Below, one piece after another: positions 42,033-52,293 of a stretch of 64,000 nucleotides of DNA (positions are counted from its first letter, which is position 1; each line of letters begins with the position of its first letter). The stretch is from assembly GCF_044324785.1 (NCBI RefSeq), contig NZ_CP172127.1, one strand, 5' to 3'. The position numbers and the translations under genes are program-made. The notes below the pieces were generated by a model, which was not told where the DNA came from, ran no database searches, and was given only the letters and a program-made list of their open reading frames with translations. Source of the DNA: Escherichia coli (GTDB lineage Bacteria; Pseudomonadota; Gammaproteobacteria; Enterobacterales; Enterobacteriaceae).

Positions 42033-43045
42033 TTATTGAACGTTGTCGTGAACTGGCGTTGCGAGCGCCCGCCAGAGTGGTATTTCCGGATGCGTTAGAT
42101 CAACGTGTGCTGAAAGCTGCGCAATATTTACATCAACAAGGTCTGGCAACGCCCATTCTGGTCGCCAATCCGTTTGAACTTCGTCAGTTTGCGCTCAGTC
42201 ACGGCGTGGCGATGGACGGGCTACAGGTGATAGATCCGCATGGCAACCTCGCAATGCGGGAAGAATTTGCTCTCCGCTGGCTGGCCCGTGCGGGCGAAAA
42301 AACGCCGCCGGATGCGCTGGAAAAACTCACCGATCCGCTGATGTTCGCTGCCGCAATGGTCAGCGCCGGGACAGCGGATGTTTGCATTGCGGGCAATCTC
42401 TCTTCCACGGCGAATGTGCTGCGTGCCGGATTACGCATTATTGGCTTACAGCCAGGCTGTAAAACGCTCTCCTCCATTTTCCTGATGCTGCCGCAGTACA
42501 GCGGCCCGGCGTTGGGCTTTGCCGATTGCAGCGTGGTGCCACAGCCGACGGCGGCGCAGCTGGCGGATATCGCGCTTGCCAGCGCCGAAACCTGGCGCGC
42601 CATCACCGGAGAAGAGCCGCGCGTGGCGATGTTGTCGTTTTCCAGTAACGGCAGCGCCCGTCACCCCTGCGTTGCCAACGTCCAGCAGGCGACAGAAATC
42701 GTCCGTGAGCGCGCGCCGCAGTTGGTAGTCGATGGCGAGTTGCAGTTTGACGCCGCCTTCGTGCCGGAAGTGGCGGCGCAAAAAGCGCCTGCCAGCCCAC
42801 TACAAGGCAAAGCCAATGTGATGGTTTTTCCGTCGCTGGAAGCCGGAAATATTGGCTACAAAATCGCACAACGACTCGGCGGATATCGTGCCGTCGGGCC
42901 ATTGATACAAGGACTTGCCGCGCCGATGCACGATCTCTCTCGTGGTTGTAGCGTGCAGGAAATTATCGAGCTGGCGCTGGTGGCAGCTGTGCCGCGTCAG
43001 ACAGAAGTAAACCGTGAAAGCAGTTTACAAACACTGGTTGAATGA
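42029..43045 (+). CDS. eutD: Phosphotransacetylase EutD (EutI)
   Basis: 338 aa PTA-family ORF; ATGA overlap with eutT. Confidence 0.94.
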   Translation: MIIERCRELALRAPARVVFPDALDQRVLKAAQYLHQQGLATPILVANPFELRQFALSHGVAMDGLQVIDPHGNLAMREEFALRWLARAGEKTPPDALEKLTDPLMFAAAMVSAGTADVCIAGNLSSTANVLRAGLRIIGLQPGCKTLSSIFLMLPQYSGPALGFADCSVVPQPTAAQLADIALASAETWRAITGEEPRVAMLSFSSNGSARHPCVANVQQATEIVRERAPQLVVDGELQFDAAFVPEVAAQKAPASPLQGKANVMVFPSLEAGNIGYKIAQRLGGYRAVGPLIQGLAAPMHDLSRGCSVQEIIELALVAAVPRQTEVNRESSLQTLVE

Positions 43046-43083
43046 ACGGTCCCGTTCTGGACCCTGATAAAGAGGAAAGCACA

Positions 43084-43377
43084 ATGGAAGCATTAGGAAT
43101 GATCGAAACCCGGGGCCTGGTTGCACTGATTGAGGCTTCTGACGCGATGGTGAAAGCTGCGCGCGTCAAGCTGGTTGGTGTTAAGCAGATTGGCGGCGGC
43201 CTGTGTACTGCCATGGTTCGTGGTGATGTTGCAGCCTGTAAAGCCGCGACCGACGCAGGTGCTGCAGCGGCACAGCGTATCGGCGAGCTGGTATCTGTAC
43301 ACGTTATCCCGCGTCCGCACGGCGACCTGGAAGAAGTCTTCCCGATCGGCCTCAAAGGCGATAGCAGCAACCTGTAA
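43084..43377 (+). CDS. eutM: Major microcompartment shell protein EutM (BMC-H)
   Basis: 97 aa from ATG 43084 ([26 protein letters not shown]...) with GAGGAAA RBS. Confidence 0.95.
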   Translation: MEALGMIETRGLVALIEASDAMVKAARVKLVGVKQIGGGLCTAMVRGDVAACKAATDAGAAAAQRIGELVSVHVIPRPHGDLEEVFPIGLKGDSSNL

Positions 43378-43386
43378 TCACCCTGT

Positions 43387-43408
43387 GTGACGTCGATTCG
43401 GGCGTCAC
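43387..43408 (+). other. Hairpin (gtgacg-N10-cgtcac) followed by a T-rich tract in the eutM-eutN spacer
   Basis: 6-bp stem then ctctctcctttttcatttt; a possible weak attenuator within the operon. Confidence 0.3.
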
Positions 43409-43483
43409 GCTCTCTCCTTTTTCATTTTACCTTCCGCGGAGGGTAGGGGGAGCTTTTACCTGAAATACGCCACGGAGGCGGGT

Positions 43484-43771
43484 ATGAAACTGGCAGTCGT
43501 CACTGGACAAATTGTTTGTACCGTACGCCATCACGGACTGGCGCATGACAAATTGCTGATGGTGGAAATGATTGATCCACAAGGTAATCCTGACGGGCAA
43601 TGCGCCGTCGCCATCGACAATATTGGCGCGGGAACCGGGGAGTGGGTGTTGCTGGTGAGTGGCAGTTCCGCCCGCCAGGCGCATAAAAGCGAAACGTCAC
43701 CGGTCGATCTGTGCGTGATTGGCATCGTCGATGAGGTGGTGTCTGGCGGTCAGGTAATTTTCCACAAATAA
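43484..43771 (+). CDS. eutN: Microcompartment vertex protein EutN (BMC-P family)
   Basis: 95 aa matching E. coli EutN. Confidence 0.94.
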   Translation: MKLAVVTGQIVCTVRHHGLAHDKLLMVEMIDPQGNPDGQCAVAIDNIGAGTGEWVLLVSGSSARQAHKSETSPVDLCVIGIVDEVVSGGQVIFHK

Positions 43772-43782
43772 GGCAGAACATC

Positions 43783-45186
43783 ATGAATCAACAGGATATT
43801 GAACAGGTGGTGAAAGCGGTACTGCTGAAAATGCAAAGCAGTGACACGCCGCCCGCCGCCGTTCATGAGATGGGCGTTTTCGCGTCCCTGGATGACGCCG
43901 TTGCGGCAGCCAAAATTGCCCAGCAAGGGTTAAAAAGCGTGGCAATGCGCCAGTTAGCCATTGCTGCCATTCGTGAGGCAGGCGAAAAACACGCCAGAGA
44001 TTTAGCGGAACTTGCCGTCAGTGAAACCGGCATGGGCCGCGTCGAAGATAAATTTGCCAAAAACGTCGCTCAGGCGCGCGGCACACCAGGCGTTGAGTGC
44101 CTCTCTCCGCAAGTGCTGACAGGCGACAACGGCCTGACTTTAATTGAAAACGCGCCCTGGGGCGTGGTGGCTTCGGTGACGCCTTCCACTAACCCGGCGG
44201 CAACCGTAATTAACAACGCCATCAGCCTGATTGCCGCGGGCAACAGCGTCATTTTTGCCCCGCATCCGGCGGCGAAAAAAGTCTCCCAGCGGGCGATTAC
44301 GCTGCTCAACCAGGCGATTGTTGCCGCAGGCGGGCCGGAAAACTTACTGGTTACTGTGGCCAATCCGGATATCGAAACCGCACAACGCTTGTTCAAGTTT
44401 CCGGGTATTGGCCTTTTGGTGGTGACCGGCGGCGAAGCGGTAGTAGAAGCGGCGCGTAAACACACCAATAAACGTCTGATTGCCGCAGGTGCCGGTAACC
44501 CGCCGGTAGTGGTGGATGAAACCGCCGACCTCGCCCGTGCCGCTCAGTCCATCGTTAAAGGTGCTTCTTTCGATAACAACATCATTTGTGCCGACGAAAA
44601 GGTACTGATTGTTGTTGATAGCGTAGCCGATGAACTGATGCGTCTGATGGAAGGCCAGCACGCGGTGAAACTGACCGCAGAGCAGGCGCAGCAGCTACAA
44701 CCGGTGTTGCTGAAAAATATCGACGAGCGCGGAAAAGGCACCGTCAGCCGTGACTGGGTTGGTCGCGATGCGGCGAAAATCGCGGCGGCAATCGGCCTTA
44801 AAGTTCCGGAACAAACGCGACTGCTGTTTGTGGAAACCACTGCAGAACATCCGTTTGCCGTGACTGAACTGATGATGCCGGTGCTGCCCGTCGTGCGCGT
44901 CGCCAACGTGGCGGATGCCATTGCGCTGGCGGTGAAACTGGAAGGCGGTTGCCACCACACGGCGGCAATGCACTCGCGCAATATCGAGAACATGAACCAG
45001 ATGGCGAATGCCATTGATACCAGCATTTTCGTTAAGAACGGACCGTGCATTGCCGGGCTGGGGCTGGGCGGGGAAGGCTGGACCACCATGACCATCACCA
45101 CGCCAACCGGTGAAGGGGTAACCAGCGCGCGGACGTTTGTCCGTCTGCGTCGCTGTGTATTAGTCGATGCGTTTCGCATTGTTTAA
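43783..45186 (+). CDS. eutE: Acetaldehyde dehydrogenase (CoA-acetylating) EutE
   Basis: 467 aa aldehyde-dehydrogenase-family ORF. Confidence 0.95.
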   Translation: MNQQDIEQVVKAVLLKMQSSDTPPAAVHEMGVFASLDDAVAAAKIAQQGLKSVAMRQLAIAAIREAGEKHARDLAELAVSETGMGRVEDKFAKNVAQARGTPGVECLSPQVLTGDNGLTLIENAPWGVVASVTPSTNPAATVINNAISLIAAGNSVIFAPHPAAKKVSQRAITLLNQAIVAAGGPENLLVTVANPDIETAQRLFKFPGIGLLVVTGGEAVVEAARKHTNKRLIAAGAGNPPVVVDETADLARAAQSIVKGASFDNNIICADEKVLIVVDSVADELMRLMEGQHAVKLTAEQAQQLQPVLLKNIDERGKGTVSRDWVGRDAAKIAAAIGLKVPEQTRLLFVETTAEHPFAVTELMMPVLPVVRVANVADAIALAVKLEGGCHHTAAMHSRNIENMNQMANAIDTSIFVKNGPCIAGLGLGGEGWTTMTITTPTGEGVTSARTFVRLRRCVLVDAFRIV

Positions 45187-45196
45187 GGAGTAACCG

Positions 45197-46033
45197 ATGG
45201 CGCACGACGAACAATGGCTCACCCCTCGACTGCAAACGGCGGCAACGCTGTGTAACCAGACGCCCGCCGCGACGGAATCTCCGCTGTGGCTGGGGGTGGA
45301 TCTGGGCACCTGCGATGTGGTGTCGATGGTTGTCGACTGCGACGGTCAGCCGGTGGCGGTATGTCTCGACTGGGCCGATGTGGTCCGCGACGGCATCGTC
45401 TGGGATTTCTTCGGTGCGGTCACCATTGTTCGTCGCCATCTCGACACCCTCGAGCAGCAATTCGGTCGCCGTTTTAGCCATGCGGCGACCTCTTTTCCTC
45501 CAGGTACGGATCCGCGTATTTCCATCAACGTGCTGGAGTCTGCCGGGCTGGAAGTGAGCCATGTGCTGGATGAGCCAACCGCAGTCGCGGATCTGCTGCA
45601 ACTGGACAACGCCGGTGTAGTGGATATCGGCGGCGGCACCACCGGCATTGCCATCGTGAAAAAGGGCAAGGTGACTTACTCGGCAGATGAAGCCACCGGC
45701 GGACATCATATCTCTCTGACTCTCGCCGGAAATCGCCGTATTTCGCTGGAAGAGGCGGAGCAGTACAAGCGCGGTCACGGTGAAGAGATTTGGCCTGCGG
45801 TGAAACCGGTGTACGAAAAAATGGCGGACATTGTCGCCCGGCATATTGAAGGGCAGGGCATTACTGATTTATGGCTGGCGGGCGGCTCTTGTATGCAACC
45901 GGGCGTGGCGGAACTGTTTCGCAAACAATTCCCGGCGTTACAGGTGCATTTACCGCAGCACAGTTTGTTTATGACCCCGCTGGCGATCGCCAGTAGCGGG
46001 CGAGAGAAAGCGGAGGGGCTATATGCAAAATGA
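45197..46033 (+). CDS. eutJ: Ethanolamine-utilisation chaperone-like ATPase EutJ (actin/Hsp70 fold)
   Basis: 278 aa; DLGTCD and VDIGGGTTG sugar-kinase/Hsp70 motifs. Confidence 0.94.
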   Translation: MAHDEQWLTPRLQTAATLCNQTPAATESPLWLGVDLGTCDVVSMVVDCDGQPVAVCLDWADVVRDGIVWDFFGAVTIVRRHLDTLEQQFGRRFSHAATSFPPGTDPRISINVLESAGLEVSHVLDEPTAVADLLQLDNAGVVDIGGGTTGIAIVKKGKVTYSADEATGGHHISLTLAGNRRISLEEAEQYKRGHGEEIWPAVKPVYEKMADIVARHIEGQGITDLWLAGGSCMQPGVAELFRKQFPALQVHLPQHSLFMTPLAIASSGREKAEGLYAK

Positions 46034-47210
46034 ATTGCAGACCGCGCTCTTTCAGGCGTTCGATACCCTGAATCTGCAACGGGTAAAAACATTTAGCGTT
46101 CCACCGGTGACGCTTTGCGGTCCGGGCGCGATGAGCAGTTGCGGGCAGCAAGCGCAAACGCGTGGGCTGAAACATCTGTTCGTGATGGCAGACAGCTTTT
46201 TGCATCAGGCGGGGATGACCGCCGGGCTGACGCGTAGCCTGGCCGTTAAAGGTATCGCCATGACGCTCTGGCCATGTCCGGTGGGCGAACCGTGCATCAC
46301 CGACGTGTGTGCAGCCGTGGCGCAGTTGCGTGAATCAGGTTGTGACGGGGTGATCGCGTTTGGCGGCGGCTCGGTGCTGGATGCGGCGAAAGCCGTGGCG
46401 TTGCTGGTGACAAACCCGGATAGCACGCTGGCAGAAATGTCAGAAACCAGCGTTCTGCAACCGCGCCTGCCGTTGATTGCCATTCCAACGACCGCCGGAA
46501 CCGGCTCTGAAACCACCAACGTAACGGTGATTATCGACGCGGTGAGCGAGCGCAAGCAGGTGTTAGCCCATGCCTCGCTGATGCCGGATGTGGCGATTCT
46601 TGACGCCGCATTGACCGAAGGTGTGCCGTCGCATGTCACGGCGATGACCGGTATCGACGCGTTAACTCATGCCATTGAAGCGTACAGCGCGCTGAACGCC
46701 ACACCGTTTACCGACAGTCTGGCGATTGGCGCTATTGCGATGATTGGCAAATCGCTGCCGAAAGCGGTGGGCTACGGTCACGACCTTGCCGCGCGCGAGA
46801 GCATGTTGCTGGCTTCATGTATGGCGGGAATGGCGTTTTCCAGTGCGGGGCTTGGGTTATGCCACGCGATGGCGCATCAGCCGGGGGCGGCGCTGCATAT
46901 TCCGCACGGTCTGGCGAACGCCATGCTACTGCCAACGGTGATGGAGTTTAACCGGATGGTCTGTCGTGATCGGTTTAGTCAGATTGGTCGGGCGCTGACA
47001 AACAAGAAAACTGACGAGCGCGAGGTAATTAGCGTGATAAGCGAGCTGATTGCGGAAGTTGGGATCAACAAGCGGCTGGCTGATGTGGGCGCAACCACCG
47101 GACATTACCGCGCATGGGCGCAGGCCGCGATGGAAGATATTTGTCTGCGCAGCAACCCGCGTACCGCCAGCCTGGAGCAGATTATTGGTCTGTATGCTGC
47201 GGCGCAATAA
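46023..47210 (+). CDS. eutG: Iron-containing alcohol dehydrogenase EutG
   Basis: 395 aa Fe-ADH-family ORF; overlaps eutJ by 11 nt. Confidence 0.94.
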   Translation: MQNELQTALFQAFDTLNLQRVKTFSVPPVTLCGPGAMSSCGQQAQTRGLKHLFVMADSFLHQAGMTAGLTRSLAVKGIAMTLWPCPVGEPCITDVCAAVAQLRESGCDGVIAFGGGSVLDAAKAVALLVTNPDSTLAEMSETSVLQPRLPLIAIPTTAGTGSETTNVTVIIDAVSERKQVLAHASLMPDVAILDAALTEGVPSHVTAMTGIDALTHAIEAYSALNATPFTDSLAIGAIAMIGKSLPKAVGYGHDLAARESMLLASCMAGMAFSSAGLGLCHAMAHQPGAALHIPHGLANAMLLPTVMEFNRMVCRDRFSQIGRALTNKKTDEREVISVISELIAEVGINKRLADVGATTGHYRAWAQAAMEDICLRSNPRTASLEQIIGLYAAAQ

Positions 47211-47217
47211 AAGTGTA

Positions 47218-47335
47218 CGGACAGTCCCCTCGCCCCTTTGGGGAGAGGGTTAGGGTGAGGGGAACAGAGTCGCGCCGGTGCAAACAATTACCCTCACCCC
47301 GGCCCCTCGGCTTCCAGAGTGAGGGAAAAACCCAC
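47218..47335. repeat. GC-rich intergenic repeat, copy 2, plus downstream inverted partial copies, between eutG and eutH
   Basis: 47218-47266 cggacagtcccctcgcccctttggggagagggttagggtgaggggaaca; 47291-47300 ccctcacccc is the reverse complement of the gggtgagggg core, and gagtgaggg recurs at ~47318. Confidence 0.75.
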
Positions 47336-47379
47336 TTTCAGCATTGGCAATAAATAACAACTAACAGGGAGTAAAGGTG

Positions 47380-48606
47380 ATGGGAATTAACGAAATCATC
47401 ATGTACATCATGATGTTCTTTATGCTGATAGCTGCCGTAGACAGGATCCTGTCGCAGTTCGGTGGTTCTGCTCGTTTCCTCGGTAAGTTCGGTAAAAGTA
47501 TCGAAGGATCAGGCGGTCAGTTCGAAGAAGGCTTTATGGCAATGGGCGCACTGGGCCTGGCGATGGTTGGTATGACCGCGCTGGCACCGGTACTGGCCCA
47601 CGTACTCGGGCCGGTGATTATCCCGGTTTACGAAATGCTCGGCGCAAACCCGTCAATGTTCGCCGGAACACTGCTGGCGTGCGATATGGGCGGCTTCTTC
47701 CTCGCCAAAGAGCTGGCGGGCGGCGACGTAGCAGCGTGGCTATACTCTGGGTTAATTCTCGGGTCGATGATGGGGCCAACGATTGTGTTTTCCATTCCGG
47801 TGGCGCTCGGCATTATCGAACCTTCTGACCGTCGTTATCTGGCGCTCGGCGTGCTGGCGGGCATTGTGACCATTCCAATTGGTTGTATCGCCGGTGGCCT
47901 GGTGGCTATGTACTCCGGTGTACAGATCAACGGCCAGCCGGTGGAATTCACCTTTGCGCTTATCCTGATGAACATGATCCCGGTACTTATCGTCGCGGTA
48001 CTGGTGGCGCTGGGGCTGAAATTCATCCCGGAAAAAATGATCAACGGCTTCCAGATCTTCGCCAAATTCCTCGTTGCATTGATCACCCTCGGTCTTGCTG
48101 CCGCGGTAGTGAAATTCCTGCTTGGCTGGGAACTGATCCCCGGTCTGGATCCTATCTTTATGGCCCCTGGCGATAAACCCGGTGAAGTGATGCGCGCCAT
48201 TGAAGTTATCGGTTCTATCTCCTGCGTTCTGTTAGGGGCGTACCCGATGGTACTGCTGCTGACTCGCTGGTTTGAAAAACCGCTGATGAGCGTCGGTAAG
48301 GTGCTGAATATGAACAATATCGCGGCAGCTGGCATGGTGGCAACGCTTGCCAACAACATCCCAATGTTTGGCATGATGAAGCTGATGGATACCCGCGGCA
48401 AAGTCATCAACTGCGCCTTCGCCGTTTCCGCTGCTTTCGCCCTGGGTGACCACTTAGGCTTCGCCGCTGCCAACATGAACGCCATGATTTTCCCGATGAT
48501 TGTCGGCAAATTGATCGGCGGCGTAACGGCGATTGGCGTGGCGATGATGCTGGTGCCAAAAGAAGACGCGACCGCGGCTAAAACCGAAGCGGAGGCACAA
48601 TCGTGA
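47380..48606 (+). CDS. eutH: Ethanolamine permease/facilitator EutH
   Basis: 408 aa polytopic membrane protein from ATG 47380 (GGGAG RBS). Confidence 0.94.
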   Translation: MGINEIIMYIMMFFMLIAAVDRILSQFGGSARFLGKFGKSIEGSGGQFEEGFMAMGALGLAMVGMTALAPVLAHVLGPVIIPVYEMLGANPSMFAGTLLACDMGGFFLAKELAGGDVAAWLYSGLILGSMMGPTIVFSIPVALGIIEPSDRRYLALGVLAGIVTIPIGCIAGGLVAMYSGVQINGQPVEFTFALILMNMIPVLIVAVLVALGLKFIPEKMINGFQIFAKFLVALITLGLAAAVVKFLLGWELIPGLDPIFMAPGDKPGEVMRAIEVIGSISCVLLGAYPMVLLLTRWFEKPLMSVGKVLNMNNIAAAGMVATLANNIPMFGMMKLMDTRGKVINCAFAVSAAFALGDHLGFAAANMNAMIFPMIVGKLIGGVTAIGVAMMLVPKEDATAAKTEAEAQS

Positions 48607-50006
48607 ACACTCGCCAGCTACTGAGCGTCGGTATCGATATCGGCACCACCACCACCCAGGTGATCTTCTCCCACCTGGAACTGGTTAACCGTGCGGCGGT
48701 GTCGCAGGTGCCGCGCTACGAATTCATCAAACGCGAAATTAGCTGGCAAAGCCCGGTGTTCTTTACCCCTGTCGATAAACAGGGTGGTTTAAAAGAAGCG
48801 GAACTGAAATCGCTGATTTTAGAGCAATATCAGGCTGCGGGCATTGCGCCGGAAAGCGTTGATTCTGGTGCCATCATCATCACCGGTGAAAGCGCGAAAA
48901 CCCGCAACGCTCGCCCGGCGGTGATGACGCTCTCCCAGTCGCTGGGCGATTTTGTCGTCGCCAGCGCCGGGCCGCATCTCGAATCCGTGATCGCCGGTCA
49001 CGGTGCCGGGGCGCAAACCCTTTCTGAACAACGGCTGTGTCGGGTACTGAATATCGACATCGGCGGTGGCACCGCGAACTACGCCCTGTTCGATGCCGGA
49101 AAAATCAGCGGCACTGCCTGCCTCAACGTTGGCGGTCGCCTGCTGGAAACCGACAGCCAGGGGCGCGTGGTTTACGCTCATATACCGGGGCAGATGATTG
49201 TGGATGAGTGCTTCGGTGCAGGCACTGACGCCCGTTCGCTGACCGGCACGCAGTTGGTGCAGGTTACCCGGCGGATGGCAGAACTGATTGTCGAAGTGAT
49301 TGACGGAACGCTCTCGCCGCTCGCGCAGGCATTGATGCAAACCGGTTTGTTGCCCGCAGGTGTTACGCCCGAAATCATTACGCTTTCTGGCGGCGTGGGC
49401 GAATGTTATCGCCACCAGCCCGCCGACCCGTTCTGTTTTGCCGATATCGGCCCGCTTCTGGCAACGGCGCTGCATGACCATCAGCGCCTGCGTGAGATGA
49501 ACGTGCAGTTTCCAGCGCAAACCGTGCGCGCCACGGTGATTGGCGCGGGCGCACATACCCTTTCGCTCTCTGGCAGCACAATCTGGCTGGAGGGCGTACA
49601 ACTGCCGCTGCGCAATTTGCCGGTGGCGATCCCAATTGATGAAACGGATCTGGTGAGTGCCTGGCAACAGGCGCTGATTCAGCTGGATCTTTGCCCCAAA
49701 ACTGACGCGTACGTGCTGGCGCTTCCCGCCTCGCTGCCTGTGCGTTACGCCGCGGTACTGACGGTCATCAACGCGCTGGTCGATTTCGTCGCGCGTTTTC
49801 CGAATCCGCATCCCCTGCTGGTGGTGGCCGGGCAGGACTTTGGTAAAGCTCTGGGCATGTTGTTGCGCCCACAGCTACAACAACTCCCGTTGGCAGTCAT
49901 TGACGAAGTGATTGTCCGCGCGGGGGACTATATCGACATTGGTACGCCTCTTTTTGGCGGATCGGTTGTGCCGGTGACGGTGAAATCACTCGCATTTCCT
50001 TCCTGA
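48603..50006 (+). CDS. eutA: Ethanolamine ammonia-lyase reactivase EutA
   Basis: 467 aa, GTG start overlapping the eutH stop (GTGA). Confidence 0.94.
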   Translation: MNTRQLLSVGIDIGTTTTQVIFSHLELVNRAAVSQVPRYEFIKREISWQSPVFFTPVDKQGGLKEAELKSLILEQYQAAGIAPESVDSGAIIITGESAKTRNARPAVMTLSQSLGDFVVASAGPHLESVIAGHGAGAQTLSEQRLCRVLNIDIGGGTANYALFDAGKISGTACLNVGGRLLETDSQGRVVYAHIPGQMIVDECFGAGTDARSLTGTQLVQVTRRMAELIVEVIDGTLSPLAQALMQTGLLPAGVTPEIITLSGGVGECYRHQPADPFCFADIGPLLATALHDHQRLREMNVQFPAQTVRATVIGAGAHTLSLSGSTIWLEGVQLPLRNLPVAIPIDETDLVSAWQQALIQLDLCPKTDAYVLALPASLPVRYAAVLTVINALVDFVARFPNPHPLLVVAGQDFGKALGMLLRPQLQQLPLAVIDEVIVRAGDYIDIGTPLFGGSVVPVTVKSLAFPS

Positions 50007-50017
50007 GGGAACGACTT

Positions 50018-51379
50018 ATGAAACTAAAGACCACATTGTTCGGCAATGTATATCAGTTTAAGGATGTAAAAGAGGTGCTGGCTAAAGCCAACGAACTGCG
50101 TTCGGGGGATGTGCTGGCGGGCGTTGCAGCGGCAAGCTCACAAGAGCGCGTGGCGGCAAAGCAGGTGTTGTCGGAAATGACCGTAGCGGACATCCGCAAT
50201 AATCCGGTGATTGCCTATGAAGATGACTGCGTGACGCGGCTGATTCAGGACGACGTTAACGAAACGGCCTACAACCAGATTAAAAACTGGAGCATCAGCG
50301 AACTGCGTGAGTATGTGCTGAGCGATGAAACCAGCGTGGACGACATTGCCTTTACCCGCAAAGGGCTGACCTCGGAAGTGGTCGCGGCGGTAGCGAAGAT
50401 TTGCTCCAACGCGGACCTGATCTACGGCGCGAAGAAAATGCCGGTAATCAAAAAGGCCAATACCACCATCGGTATTCCGGGCACCTTTAGCGCCCGTTTG
50501 CAGCCAAATGACACCCGTGACGACGTGCAAAGTATCGCCGCGCAAATCTACGAAGGGCTTTCCTTCGGGGTGGGCGATGCGGTGATCGGCGTTAACCCGG
50601 TGACTGACGATGTGGAAAACTTAAGCCGCGTGTTGGACACCATTTACGGCGTGATCGACAAATTCAACATTCCGACCCAGGGCTGCGTGCTGGCGCACGT
50701 CACCACCCAGATTGAAGCGATCCGTCGTGGCGCACCAGGCGGGCTGATTTTCCAGAGTATCTGCGGCAGCGAAAAAGGGCTGAAAGAATTTGGCGTGGAG
50801 CTGGCGATGCTCGATGAAGCACGCGCAGTGGGCGCGGAGTTCAACCGTATCGCCGGGGAAAACTGCCTCTACTTCGAAACCGGACAAGGCTCTGCGCTGT
50901 CCGCTGGCGCTAACTTCGGCGCAGACCAGGTGACGATGGAAGCACGTAACTATGGGCTGGCGCGTCATTACGATCCGTTTATCGTCAACACCGTGGTCGG
51001 CTTTATTGGGCCGGAGTATCTCTACAACGACCGCCAGATTATCCGTGCGGGCTTAGAAGATCACTTTATGGGTAAGCTGAGCGGCATCTCTATGGGCTGT
51101 GACTGCTGCTACACCAACCACGCTGACGCTGACCAGAACCTCAACGAAAACCTCATGATCCTGCTCGCCACCGCAGGCTGCAACTACATCATGGGGATGC
51201 CGCTGGGTGATGACATCATGCTCAACTACCAGACCACCGCCTTCCACGATACTGCCACTGTGCGTCAGTTACTCAACCTGCGCCCGTCACCGGAGTTTGA
51301 ACGCTGGCTGGAAAGCATGGGCATTATGGCAAACGGTCGCCTGACCAAACGGGCGGGCGATCCGTCACTGTTCTTCTGA
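50018..51379 (+). CDS. eutB: Ethanolamine ammonia-lyase large subunit EutB
   Basis: 453 aa; begins 11 bp after eutA with no inserted DNA. Confidence 0.96.
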   Translation: MKLKTTLFGNVYQFKDVKEVLAKANELRSGDVLAGVAAASSQERVAAKQVLSEMTVADIRNNPVIAYEDDCVTRLIQDDVNETAYNQIKNWSISELREYVLSDETSVDDIAFTRKGLTSEVVAAVAKICSNADLIYGAKKMPVIKKANTTIGIPGTFSARLQPNDTRDDVQSIAAQIYEGLSFGVGDAVIGVNPVTDDVENLSRVLDTIYGVIDKFNIPTQGCVLAHVTTQIEAIRRGAPGGLIFQSICGSEKGLKEFGVELAMLDEARAVGAEFNRIAGENCLYFETGQGSALSAGANFGADQVTMEARNYGLARHYDPFIVNTVVGFIGPEYLYNDRQIIRAGLEDHFMGKLSGISMGCDCCYTNHADADQNLNENLMILLATAGCNYIMGMPLGDDIMLNYQTTAFHDTATVRQLLNLRPSPEFERWLESMGIMANGRLTKRAGDPSLFF

Positions 51380-51399
51380 TGACGCGGAGATAACACATC

Positions 51400-52284
51400 A
51401 TGGATCAAAAACAGATTGAAGAAATTGTACGCAGCGTGATGGCGTCAATGGGACAAGCGGCCCCCGCGCCGTCAGAAGCAAAGTGCGCCACCACCTATGC
51501 GGCACCGGTGACCTCGGAAAGCTGCGCGCTGGATTTAGGCTCTGCGGAAGCAAAAGCGTGGATTGGCGTTGAAAACCCGCATCGCGCAGACGTATTAACA
51601 GAACTGCGTCGCAGCACCGTGGCCCGCGTTTGTACCGGTCGTGCCGGTCCGCGTCCGCGTACCCAGGCGTTGCTGCGTTTCCTGGCCGATCACTCTCGTT
51701 CGAAAGATACCGTACTGAAAGAAGTGCCGGAAGAGTGGGTGAAAGCGCAGGGCTTGCTGGAAGTCCGCTCTGAAATTAGCGACAAAAATCTCTACCTGAC
51801 TCGTCCGGATATGGGCCGCCGCCTGTGTGCAGAAGCTGTTGAAGCGCTGAAAGCACAGTGTGTTGCTAATCCGGACGTGCAGGTCGTTATTTCTGATGGC
51901 CTGTCAACTGATGCGATCACCGTGAACTACGAAGAGATCCTGCCGCCGCTGATGGCGGGCCTGAAACAGGCCGGGCTGAAAGTCGGTACACCATTCTTTG
52001 TTCGTTATGGTCGCGTGAAGATTGAAGATCAGATCGGTGAGATCCTCGGCGCGAAAGTGGTGATCCTGCTGGTGGGGGAACGCCCGGGATTAGGGCAGTC
52101 AGAAAGCCTCTCCTGCTACGCCGTTTACTCGCCGCGTATGGCAACCACCGTTGAGGCCGATCGCACCTGCATCTCTAACATTCACCAGGGCGGCACGCCG
52201 CCGGTTGAAGCCGCAGCCGTCATTGTGGATTTGGCGAAACGTATGCTGGAGCAGAAAGCATCCGGCATCAACATGACCCGATAA
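51400..52284 (+). CDS. eutC: Ethanolamine ammonia-lyase small subunit EutC
   Basis: 294 aa matching E. coli EutC. Confidence 0.95.
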   Translation: MDQKQIEEIVRSVMASMGQAAPAPSEAKCATTYAAPVTSESCALDLGSAEAKAWIGVENPHRADVLTELRRSTVARVCTGRAGPRPRTQALLRFLADHSRSKDTVLKEVPEEWVKAQGLLEVRSEISDKNLYLTRPDMGRRLCAEAVEALKAQCVANPDVQVVISDGLSTDAITVNYEEILPPLMAGLKQAGLKVGTPFFVRYGRVKIEDQIGEILGAKVVILLVGERPGLGQSESLSCYAVYSPRMATTVEADRTCISNIHQGGTPPVEAAAVIVDLAKRMLEQKASGINMTR

Positions 52285-52293
52285 GGAGGCATC

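Noticed and set aside
50007-50017. Looked for a prophage or mobile element within the eut operon
   Set aside because: eutA and eutB are separated by only 11 bp; no integrase, transposase or IS inverted repeats occur anywhere in the window.
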